Assembly: GCA_042216015.1 (NCBI GenBank)
Contig: JBDGUI010000020.1
Span: 1-45,179 of the forward strand
Source: Halodesulfurarchaeum sp.
GTDB lineage: Archaea > Halobacteriota > Halobacteria > Halobacteriales > Halobacteriaceae
Length of the DNA stretch: 45,179 nucleotides
Direction: 5' to 3'
Part shown: piece after piece, positions 1-7,604 of the stretch
How the letters are laid out: the number at the start of each line of letters is the position of its first letter
Numbering within the stretch: the stretch's first letter is position 1
The notes under the pieces: generated by a model
What the model was told of the DNA's origin: nothing
Seen by the model: only the letters and a program-made list of their open reading frames with translations
The model's database searches: none
Translations under genes and position numbers: made by a program

Positions 1-20
1 GTCCACTACCCTACCAGGAC
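1..20 (-). tRNA. 5' end of a tRNA gene, probably tRNA-Arg(GCG), truncated by the window edge
   Basis: Reverse complement of 1-20 is GTCCTGGTAGGGTAGTGGAC: 7-nt acceptor strand, TA, then D-arm start GGGTAGTGGAC. It resembles the start of haloarchaeal tRNA-Arg(GCG) as I recall it; the anticodon lies outside the window. Confidence 0.6.
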
Positions 21-191
21 TCACCTCCGCTTGGCCCCACGCCGGTATATCCGTTACGGACCTGGGATTCACGACGAACCTGGGGCGGCATTCGCTTCGG
101 CCCCGGGAGATCACGAATCGGATGGGCCCCACCCGACCCGAAAGTCGACCCAAACCCTGGAATACCACCGGACCCAAGACCAATCCAGGAA

Positions 192-791
192 ATGCCAGTC
201 GACACCCGCGAGGACCCGACCGAGGCCCACCGCCATCTTCGACACGACGACCAGCTGGCCAGGCTGATCGACCGGCACGGCTATCTCGTCATCCAGCCCG
301 CCCCGGACCCGTTCCGACGGCTCGTGAAAGCCATCGCCCGCCAGCAGGTCTCGATGGCCTCGGCGGCGGCCATCTGGGAACGGCTGACCGACGCGTTCGA
401 CGTGACCCCGGCGGAAATCCGAGCGGCCGATCCGGCGGCGCTCCAGGAGGTCGGTCTTTCGGAGGCGAAGAGCGAGTACGTGAAGGCCACCGCCGAGGCC
501 TTCGAGGAGCGCGACATGTCGCGGGAGACGTTCGCTGACCTGTCCGACGAAGCCGTAATGGAGGAACTAACCGAGATCAGAGGGATCGGGCCGTGGACCG
601 CAAAGATGTTCCTGCAGTTCGGACTGGGCCGCGAGGACGTCTTTCCCGTCGAGGATCTGGGCATCCGACACGCGATGGAGACCCGGTACGGGATCGAAAG
701 TCGCTCAGCAATGCGCGAGCGAGCCGCCGAGTGGGCGCCGTATCGATCGATCGGGTCGCTGTATCTCTGGCGAACGGGCGGGGAGGAGTGA
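192..791 (+). CDS. alkA: 3-methyladenine DNA glycosylase, HhH-GPD family (AlkA-like)
   Basis: IARQQVS motif, HhH motif IRGIGPWTA, FPVEDLG with catalytic Asp, C-terminal WAPYRS. Confidence 0.9.
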   Translation: MPVDTREDPTEAHRHLRHDDQLARLIDRHGYLVIQPAPDPFRRLVKAIARQQVSMASAAAIWERLTDAFDVTPAEIRAADPAALQEVGLSEAKSEYVKATAEAFEERDMSRETFADLSDEAVMEELTEIRGIGPWTAKMFLQFGLGREDVFPVEDLGIRHAMETRYGIESRSAMRERAAEWAPYRSIGSLYLWRTGGEE

Positions 792-833
792 TCGAGAGGA
801 ACCTTTAGAGGGGTCCGCTCCGTGGAGGATGGT

Positions 834-1235
834 ATGAGACGGCCCCGCTTTCGCACGGCCGACGTGGCCCAGCAGGTCGTCGGTGCGCTTTTGCTCGCCG
901 GCCCGTTCGTGGTCACCGAGGAGGTCTGGGTGCTCGCGGACGGAATGGGGCCCGGCCACACCGCCGTCGCGATCCTCGCCGTGATCGTCGTCGGGTACAG
1001 CGCGCTGTACAAGGCCGACAAGGACCGGGACGTGGACCGCGAACGGGCGGTCGCGGGCATCCCGTTGCGCTTTCTCTCGGTACTGCTCGTGGCCGTCGGC
1101 TCAGTCGCGCTGTTGACTTTCGCGCTCGCCGCCCCCGAAACCTTCGGGGCCGATCGGATGGCCACGATCACCGCGATCAGCATCGGGTCGATGTTCTCGG
1201 TGGTCGGCGCGGCCGCCGCGGACTCGGTGCTCTGA
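834..1235 (+). CDS. Small integral membrane protein (DUF2391-like)
   Basis: Four hydrophobic segments; QQVVGALLLAGPFVVTEEVW motif; ATG at 834 preferred to GTG at 822. Confidence 0.7.
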   Translation: MRRPRFRTADVAQQVVGALLLAGPFVVTEEVWVLADGMGPGHTAVAILAVIVVGYSALYKADKDRDVDRERAVAGIPLRFLSVLLVAVGSVALLTFALAAPETFGADRMATITAISIGSMFSVVGAAAADSVL

Positions 1236-1279
1236 GAACGGCAAGGTTCAAGGCCGAACGCGCGGCCTAGTTCAACTCA

Positions 1280-2737
1280 ATGGGCGATATCGAGACGATC
1301 TACGAGGATCTCGACACGGAGGAGGTCTCACTCGAGGAGTTCCGCGAGGCCGTCGAATCCAAGGTCGAGCAGATGGGGGGGCTTGCCGACGAGGAGACGG
1401 CGGCGATGTTGCTCGCCCACGAACTCGATGATGGACAGGTGGAGGGCGTCGCCGACGTCGAGCCGGGCATGGAGGAGGTCGCCATCACCGCAAAGGTCCT
1501 CAGCGTCGGGGAGTTGCGGACCTTCGAGCGCGAGGACCCCGACCAGCCAGAGGGTCAGGTGCTCAACGCCGACGTGGCCGACGAGACAGGCCGACTCCGG
1601 GTCTCCTTCTGGGACGAAATGGCCAGTTCCGCGGACGCAGAACTCGAGGAAGGGCAGGTGCTGAACCTGAAGGGGCGGCCCAAGGAGGGGTACGACGGCG
1701 TCGAGCTGTCCGTCGATCGGGTCGAGCCCGATCCGGACACCGAGATCGAGGTCGACCTCACCGACGAGTACCGAGTGGCAGACCTCGGTCTGGGAGCGTC
1801 GGACGTGACGCTTCTCGGGGAGGTGCTCGCCACTGAACCCGTCCGTACCTTCGACCGGGACGACGGCACGGAGGGGCAGGTCTCGAACCTCCTCGTCGGC
1901 GACGAGACCGGTCGGGTCCGGGTCACCCTGTGGGACAAGCAGGCCGAACGCGTCGAGGACCTCTCGCCCCACGACACCATTGAGATCCTGGACGGTTACG
2001 TGCGGGAGCGGGACGGCTCGCTCGAACTCCACCTCGGGGATCGCGGAGCCATCGAGCAACGCGATGCCTCGGTGACATACGTCCCGGACGCCACCCCGAT
2101 CGAGGCCGTCGAACTCGGCGAAACCGTCGACATCGCGGGCGTCGTCCGCTCCGCGGACCCGAAGCGAACCTTCGATCGGGACGACGGCAGCGAGGGGCAG
2201 GTCCGAAACGTTCGGGTGCAGGACGAGACCGACGACATCCGCGTCGCTCTCTGGGGCGAGAAGGCCGACCTCGAACTTGGGCCCGGCGACGAGGTGCTCT
2301 TCGTCGACGTGGGGATTCAGGACGGATGGCAGGACGACCTCGAGGCATCGGCCAACTGGCAGACGACCGTCGTCCCGCTCGAGGAGGGACTCGGCACAGA
2401 CCTGGAGACCGGCGAGGACGGCTCCGACACGGGACTCTCGGCGTTCGGCACCGGTGAGGAGTCAGCCGAGGAGGGGTCGGATCGTCCGAGTTCGGAGCGA
2501 GGGGCGGGGAGCACTTCGGGGGCCGAGACGGGCGGTTCGCAAGCCGATTCGAGCGAGGAGGAGTCAGAATCCGTCGAGTTCACGGGTGTCGTCGTGCAGG
2601 CGGGCAACCCGATCATCCTCGACGACGGCGAACAGACGGTACGGGTTCAGTCGGACCTGGACGTCGAACTCGGCGAGGAACTCACGGTGACCGGCGAACT
2701 CGCCGAGGGCGTTCTCGAGCCCGACCGGGTTTCGTGA
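1280..2737 (+). CDS. rpa: Replication protein A (multi-OB-fold ssDNA-binding protein, haloarchaeal RpaC type)
   Basis: Three repeated OB folds (RTF[ED]R...GQV.N...DET...RV..W), an acidic linker and a short C-terminal OB-like domain; adjacent to the histone gene. Confidence 0.92.
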   Translation: MGDIETIYEDLDTEEVSLEEFREAVESKVEQMGGLADEETAAMLLAHELDDGQVEGVADVEPGMEEVAITAKVLSVGELRTFEREDPDQPEGQVLNADVADETGRLRVSFWDEMASSADAELEEGQVLNLKGRPKEGYDGVELSVDRVEPDPDTEIEVDLTDEYRVADLGLGASDVTLLGEVLATEPVRTFDRDDGTEGQVSNLLVGDETGRVRVTLWDKQAERVEDLSPHDTIEILDGYVRERDGSLELHLGDRGAIEQRDASVTYVPDATPIEAVELGETVDIAGVVRSADPKRTFDRDDGSEGQVRNVRVQDETDDIRVALWGEKADLELGPGDEVLFVDVGIQDGWQDDLEASANWQTTVVPLEEGLGTDLETGEDGSDTGLSAFGTGEESAEEGSDRPSSERGAGSTSGAETGGSQADSSEEESESVEFTGVVVQAGNPIILDDGEQTVRVQSDLDVELGEELTVTGELAEGVLEPDRVS

Positions 2738-2742
2738 GCGAC

Positions 2743-2757
2743 GGAAACAATTAAGCC
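2743..2757 (+). promoter_or_regulatory. BRE/TATA promoter of the histone gene (probably leaderless)
   Basis: GGAAACAATTAAGCC with TTAA about 27 nt upstream of ATG 2781. Confidence 0.5.
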
Positions 2758-2780
2758 GGTTACCGCCGGGGGTTGGGGAT

Positions 2781-3212
2781 ATGCGAGTCGAGCTTCCCTT
2801 TGCTCCCGTGGATTCGATCATCCGGAACCAGGCGGGTGATCTCCGGGTCAGTGCGAACGCCGCAGAGGCGCTGGCCCGTCGGATACAGGACGAGGGCGCC
2901 GAGATCGCGCGGGAGGCGGCCCAGCACACCGAGGCGGCGGGCCGCAAGACCATCATGGTCGAGGACTTCGGGCCCGTCGAGGTCCCCACTCGGAATTCGC
3001 TCACGATCCCGGTTGCGCCCGTCGATCGGATCGCCCGGCTCGACGTCGACGACCGGTTCCGGGTGGCCGAAGACGCCCGACTCGCATTGGCCAATCTCCT
3101 CGAAGCCCGGGCGTCCGAAATTGCGGCCGGGGCCCGAAAACTGGCCGAGCACGCCGGTCGACGGACGATTCAGGCCGAAGACATCGAGTTATTCGTCGAC
3201 CTCTGCGAGTGA
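2781..3212 (+). CDS. hstA: Haloarchaeal fused histone doublet (HstA/HpyA)
   Basis: Two tandem histone folds: ELPFAPVDSIIR..LRVS..AGRKTIMVEDF and IPVAPVDRIAR..RVAEDA..HAGRRTIQAEDI. Confidence 0.92.
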   Translation: MRVELPFAPVDSIIRNQAGDLRVSANAAEALARRIQDEGAEIAREAAQHTEAAGRKTIMVEDFGPVEVPTRNSLTIPVAPVDRIARLDVDDRFRVAEDARLALANLLEARASEIAAGARKLAEHAGRRTIQAEDIELFVDLCE

Positions 3213-4568
3213 GCGTGGGCTCGGATCGAGGTACGCGGCAAACTCCGGACCGAATTCCGTCGCCAGATCTGCCACCGCCGGACCGGCGAGGACGGTGTAC
3301 CCCTCCTCCAGTGCGGGTTCGATCTGGGCCCCGAGTGCGACGTCGAAGAGTCGGTTCTCGGCGAATTCACGGGCGGTCGTTATCTCCCGTTCCCGCTCGA
3401 TCACGTACCGATCGCGCTCGATGTAGGGGCCCGTGACCGGTTCGTCGGCGTAGGTCTCGTAGAACCGGCGGGCGTGCTCCGCGGCGTGAACCGGTGGGCC
3501 CTCGTGGCGCTCGATCGCCGGCAATTCCCAGACGGTCAATTCGACGAACAGCACCGCCCGGTCCCGGGCCCAGGTCGCGCTTCGAAGTACCTCGAAGCCC
3601 GCCTGGTCGAGGCCGCGAACCAGTCCCGAGAGCGAGCGTCTGAGCTGTGGATAGAGCTGGTCGTCGACCAGATCGGGCGGGGCAAAGACCACGGCGATCG
3701 GGGTGGTTCCCCGTTCCTGGATTGCCGTGTGGACTCCTGCAGGATCCATCGACTCAGGCTCCGGTGGGAAGAAGTGCTCCAGGTCGGGGTCCGCGAGAAA
3801 TTGCCGGGCGAAGTGGACGAGCCGGGCGACGTTCTCGGCCGAGACGACCGCAGCGACGTTTCGCTCCGGGTCGGTTGGGTCGACGACCACGAGTGGATCA
3901 TCGAAGCTGGCGACGGCGTGGTCGGCCGGGTCGAGAGTGACCGGTGGCTGCCAGTCCCGTGCCGCCTCGAGCGTCTCCCTGAAGCCCCCGTACTCCAGGA
4001 CGAGGAGTTCCGCGATGTACCCGGAGTAGCCCTGCCTCCGGAGATCGCTGCCGTAGGCACCGATTCCCTTGAGGAACTGCTTGAAGTATCTGATCGCTGC
4101 AGCCGTGGTGTCGTCGAGTCTGCCCGCGAGATAGGCGTTGTGGAACGGCGTTCGATCGACGGCGGACTGGATCTCGGTCGCATCCCTCACGTCGTAGCAG
4201 GGGACGAGATCGACGGCAAACCCGTGATGCTCGCCCGTGACGTAGGGATGCTCGGCGTATTCCAGATGGCCATCGGGGAGCACTGCTCGCCCGATTCGCA
4301 ACCCATAGCGCTCGAGATCCTCGCGGGGGAGATCCGGGTCGAACGTGACGAACACGTCGATGTCCCGATCACCGCTCACCCAGGTTCCCCGGGCCGTCGA
4401 GCCGACGTGAACAACGGTTGCGTCAACGCCGAGGTCGTCGATCGCCGACTCGATCCGCTCGATGAGGGACGTGACTGCCGCCTCGAGGGCGGCCCGCTCG
4501 TCCGGGTCCGGGTCGACCCGCTCGCCGACCCGCTCGAGCACCGACTCGTACCCGTCACCGGTCGCCAT
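3189..4568 (-). CDS. cca: Archaeal class I CCA-adding enzyme
   Basis: VGSTARGTW..DRDIDVF nucleotidyltransferase motif, YAEHPY, SAVDRTPFH, DPTDPERNVAA. Confidence 0.95.
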   Translation of the reverse strand: MATGDGYESVLERVGERVDPDPDERAALEAAVTSLIERIESAIDDLGVDATVVHVGSTARGTWVSGDRDIDVFVTFDPDLPREDLERYGLRIGRAVLPDGHLEYAEHPYVTGEHHGFAVDLVPCYDVRDATEIQSAVDRTPFHNAYLAGRLDDTTAAAIRYFKQFLKGIGAYGSDLRRQGYSGYIAELLVLEYGGFRETLEAARDWQPPVTLDPADHAVASFDDPLVVVDPTDPERNVAAVVSAENVARLVHFARQFLADPDLEHFFPPEPESMDPAGVHTAIQERGTTPIAVVFAPPDLVDDQLYPQLRRSLSGLVRGLDQAGFEVLRSATWARDRAVLFVELTVWELPAIERHEGPPVHAAEHARRFYETYADEPVTGPYIERDRYVIEREREITTAREFAENRLFDVALGAQIEPALEEGYTVLAGPAVADLATEFGPEFAAYLDPSPRSLAEVDE

Positions 4569-4612
4569 ACGATCTCCTTACCGGGGCCACCCCGAAAGGA
4601 TATCGATGGACG

Positions 4613-5410
4613 TTAGAGCACCGCAAGTGGTGTCATGATCACGACCCCGACCACGATTCCGAGGACCAGTTCGGCCCGACCCCCGCGGCGGAGGCCCTCG
4701 CCGAGATCGAGTGCCTCCGGGATGAATTCGGTGAAAACCAGGTAGATCATCGCGCCGGCGGCAAAGCCGAAGCCGAAGGGCAGGAACTCGCGGGCGTAGC
4801 GCACGAAGACGAACGCGATCACCGCGCCGATGGGCTGGGGCAGACTCGAGAAGACCGACCACCAGACCATCTTCCAGTTCGAGACGCCCATCGCCCGGAG
4901 TGGGATCGAGATCGCCGACCCCTCTGGAACGTTGTGGATCGAGATGGCGACGGTCATGAAGATCGCGAGAATCGGGATCGTGAATCCGAGAACCATCGGG
5001 CCATGACCGAGGTTCAGGTCCGCGAAGGAGACCCCGACCGCGACGCCCTCGGGGAAGCTGTGCACCGTGAGAATGCCGAGGATCAGGACCAGTTTCTTGA
5101 AGTCGGCCTCGGCGTATTCCCGGGGGTCGATCTCCGCGTGCGTGATGACCCGGTGGCTCACGACGACGAGCAGGGCGCCGACGAGCAGACCCGGGGCGAT
5201 TTCCCCGACCGTTCCCTCGGCAAGCCCCTCCTTGAGCAGTCCGAACACGGAAGCGGCGACCATGATTCCCGAAGCCAGCCCCCAGAGGCCCACGTTCCAG
5301 CGATCGGGGATGTCCCCGACGAGGAAGAAGGGAAGCGCACCCAGGCCGGTCGCAAAGGCAGTGAGTAATCCGGCGGCGAAGACCAGGGTCAGATTGGCCA
5401 GCAGACTCAT
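4613..5410 (-). CDS. ZIP-family divalent metal transporter (GufA/ZupT-like)
   Basis: About 8 TM helices; signature motifs HSFPEG and HNVPEG; FAAGAMIY. Confidence 0.92.
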   Translation of the reverse strand: MSLLANLTLVFAAGLLTAFATGLGALPFFLVGDIPDRWNVGLWGLASGIMVAASVFGLLKEGLAEGTVGEIAPGLLVGALLVVVSHRVITHAEIDPREYAEADFKKLVLILGILTVHSFPEGVAVGVSFADLNLGHGPMVLGFTIPILAIFMTVAISIHNVPEGSAISIPLRAMGVSNWKMVWWSVFSSLPQPIGAVIAFVFVRYAREFLPFGFGFAAGAMIYLVFTEFIPEALDLGEGLRRGGRAELVLGIVVGVVIMTPLAVL

Positions 5411-5460
5411 CCGTTGATTGTTCGAAGCCGTTCAGCGTAGTTAAAATTTCGGAAGAAAAT

Positions 5461-5489
5461 TTGGTGGAAACTAAATTAGTCTTTCCTAA
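5461..5489. promoter_or_regulatory. Two tandem DtxR/SirR-type operator boxes upstream of the ZIP transporter
   Basis: TTGG-TGGAAA-CTAA (5461-5474) and TTAG-TCTTTC-CTAA (5476-5489) fit the DtxR-family TTAG-N6-CTAA palindrome. The minus-strand TATA TTTTAACT is at 5439-5446. Confidence 0.6.
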
Positions 5490-5610
5490 CCGGAAGATTT
5501 TCGTCCCGAACGTGAGCGGGGTGGCGGAGCAGTCGATGGGTGAGCGATCCGAAAATCGTGGCCGGTCGAAACGAAAGCCCTATCAAAAGTAGCCAAGTAC
5601 GGTAATCCAG

Positions 5611-5683
5611 GCCGCCGTAGCTCAGCTGGTAGAGCACTCCGCTGTTAACGGAGTTGTCCCAGGTTCGAGCCCTGGCGGCGGCG
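5611..5683 (+). tRNA. tRNA-Asn(GTT)
   Basis: Full cloverleaf: GCCGCCG/CGGCGGC acceptor, GCTC/GAGC D-stem, CTCCG-CTGTTAA-CGGAG anticodon arm, CCAGG-TTCGAGC-CCTGG T-arm; no encoded CCA. Confidence 0.97.
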
Positions 5684-5732
5684 CTTCTGTCGAAGGTAAC
5701 GCTCAAGGCAGCGCCAGCGGTAGGACGTGGTA

Positions 5733-5807
5733 GGGCCCTTAGCTCAGTCTGGTTAGAGCGCGCGGCTCATAACCGCGTCGTCAGTGGTTCAAATCCGCTA
5801 GGGCCCA
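5733..5807 (+). tRNA. tRNA with CAT anticodon, most likely tRNA-Ile2 (agmatidine-modified, reads AUA)
   Basis: GGGCCCT/AGGGCCC acceptor, CGCGG-CTCATAA-CCGCG anticodon arm, AGTGG-TTCAAAT-CCGCT T-arm. The Ile-type GGGCC acceptor, lack of intron and position after tRNA-Asn favour Ile2 over Met. Confidence 0.9.
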
Positions 5808-6160
5808 TTTCTGAACCGCGTCACCGTCGAGGGACCCGAAGGTGTCCGGAGACGTGACCGAGCAGAAATGTGCAGCGGATTTGCAACCCAGGAAACCGAC
5901 CGAAGGGAGGTTTCCCTTGGTTCAAATCCGCTAAGGCCCATGATTCTCGAACGGAACCGTCGAGCGACCAGCGTGCTATGTCGCGAGACGTGACTTCGAG
6001 TGATCTGGGCAGCGGATTTGAATCAGGGAAGGAAGCAAGCGCAGCGAGCGGACTGACCGTGGTTCAAATCCGCCAGGGCCCACATCTCAAAGACCTCACC
6101 CCCGAGCGACCCGGAGGTGTCCCGAGAGGTGAGTCGGTGTGATTGGGCAAGCGGATTTGC
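5785..6160 (+). repeat. tRNA-linked array of three ~135-bp self-complementary units
   Basis: The 23-nt tRNA 3' end TGGTTCAAATCCGCTAGGGCCCA occurs at 5785, 5918 and 6060 (one mismatch in each later copy). Antisense copies centred on AGCGGATTTG are at 5874-5888, 6006-6025 and 6144-6159. The units share an inner motif. Confidence 0.9.
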
Positions 6161-6183
6161 GTTAAGAAGGAACCAGTCAGCAG

Positions 6184-6435
6184 TTACGACGATTCCACAC
6201 CCCACCCATCGCGCTCACTCGTCACGTCAGCCTCCTCGGTTCCCTCGTAGCCCTCGAAGTCGGCAAACGAGCCGACCTGTTGCTGGACGACTTGCACACG
6301 AATACGGTCATTCGCCTCCACCGACCAGCGGATCAGATCACCGTCCCCGGTGTCGAGTTCGCGGCGGATGAGGGCGGGAATGCGGGGCTGGCTGCCAGAC
6401 ACCGTGATCGCGCCGTCGATCGGATCCGGGCTCAT
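6184..6435 (-). CDS. AbrB/MazE/SpoVT-type DNA-binding protein (VapB-like antitoxin), orphan and possibly decaying
   Basis: IPALIRRELDTGDGDLIRWSVEANDRIRV matches the swapped-hairpin pattern; acidic C-terminal tail; no PIN toxin gene follows. Confidence 0.7.
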   Translation of the reverse strand: MSPDPIDGAITVSGSQPRIPALIRRELDTGDGDLIRWSVEANDRIRVQVVQQQVGSFADFEGYEGTEEADVTSERDGWGVESS

Positions 6436-6535
6436 GGGCGAAGATTGGACGTGTCGTTCATAAACGGATTTCTCAACGCGTTACCTCACCACCACTCCCC
6501 ACCCACTTTTCCCCATCCCCCACCACACCTCCACC

Positions 6536-7576
6536 ATGCGCGCTGCCGTCTACCGAGGCCCGGGCGAAATCGCCATCGAAGAGGTCCCCCGACCCGAACT
6601 CGAATCCCCCAGGGGCGCCCTGATCCGCGTCACCCACACCGCAATCTGCGGGTCGGACCTCTGGTTCTACCGCGGGCAGACCGACATGGAGGAGGGCGAA
6701 CGGGTCGGCCACGAACCCATGGGCATCGTGGAGGAGGTGGGAAGCGAGGTCACCTCCGTCGAGCCGGGCGACCGGGTCATCGCCCCCTTCGCGATCAGCT
6801 GTGGGGAGTGCGAGTTCTGCAGAAAGGGGCTGTACACCTCCTGCGTCGAAGGCGAGTCGTGGGGCGGCGCGAACGGCGGTGGGCAGGGCGAGTACGTGAG
6901 GACCCCGTTCGCCGACGGCCACCTCGTCCGCGTCCCTGACCGGCACGCCGACAGCGAGGAGACTCTCGAGAAACTCCTGCCGCTGACAGACGTGCTCGGC
7001 ACCGGACACCACGCCGCCGTGAGCGCCGAGGTCGGGCCGGGCGATACGGTGGTCGTCATCGGCGACGGGGCAGTTGGCCTGAGCGGGGTGCTCGCGGCCC
7101 AGCGCCTCGGGGCCGAGCGGATCATCGCCGTGGGCCATCACGAGGATCGACTCGAAATCGCCGAGGAATTCGGCGCGACCGAGACTGTCGCCGAACGCGG
7201 CGAGGCCGCAATCGAGCGCGTGAACGAACTCACCTATGGGGGGTCGAATCACGTCATGGAGTGTGTCGGCGCGGCCTCGGCGATGGACACCGCGATCGAG
7301 GTCGCGCGTGCTGGCGGGACGATCGGCTACGTGGGGGTGCCCTACGGCGTCGTCGAGGGGGGGATCGACATGGTCTCGATGTTCCGGGACAACCTCACCC
7401 TCCAGGGGGGCGTGGCCCCCGTCAGAAAGTACGCGGAGGAACTCATGGCCGACATCCTCGGCGGTACCCTCGACCCCTCCCCCATCTTCACGAAGACCGT
7501 CGATCTAGACGGAGTGCCGGAAGGCTACACGGCGATGGACGAGCGCGAGGCGATCAAGGTACTGGTGAAGGTGTGA
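6536..7576 (+). CDS. Zinc-dependent medium-chain alcohol dehydrogenase
   Basis: CGSD, GHEPMG, structural Zn site CGECEFC(x7)C, NAD-binding GDGAVG. Confidence 0.93.
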   Translation: MRAAVYRGPGEIAIEEVPRPELESPRGALIRVTHTAICGSDLWFYRGQTDMEEGERVGHEPMGIVEEVGSEVTSVEPGDRVIAPFAISCGECEFCRKGLYTSCVEGESWGGANGGGQGEYVRTPFADGHLVRVPDRHADSEETLEKLLPLTDVLGTGHHAAVSAEVGPGDTVVVIGDGAVGLSGVLAAQRLGAERIIAVGHHEDRLEIAEEFGATETVAERGEAAIERVNELTYGGSNHVMECVGAASAMDTAIEVARAGGTIGYVGVPYGVVEGGIDMVSMFRDNLTLQGGVAPVRKYAEELMADILGGTLDPSPIFTKTVDLDGVPEGYTAMDEREAIKVLVKV

Positions 7577-7604
7577 GCCGAGGGACAGACGAGCAGCCGG
7601 AAAG

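Noticed and set aside
1500..2270. Repeated DNA segments (ACCTTCGA..GACGACGGC..GAGGGGCAGGTC)
   Set aside because: Explained by the duplicated OB folds of RPA.
3189..3212. 24-nt convergent overlap of the histone and cca 3' ends
   Set aside because: Short convergent overlaps are common in compact archaeal genomes; no sign of added function.
5733..5807. tRNA-CAT called as tRNA-Met
   Set aside because: It lacks the initiator A1-U72 pair and GGG/CCC anticodon stem, has no intron, and its acceptor resembles tRNA-Ile(GAT); Ile2 is more likely.
5785..6160. Array read as CRISPR or as extra tRNA genes
   Set aside because: The period (133-142 bp) is too long, the intervening segments are homologous and self-complementary, and no cas genes are present. 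The copies lack D- and anticodon arms, so they are not tRNAs.
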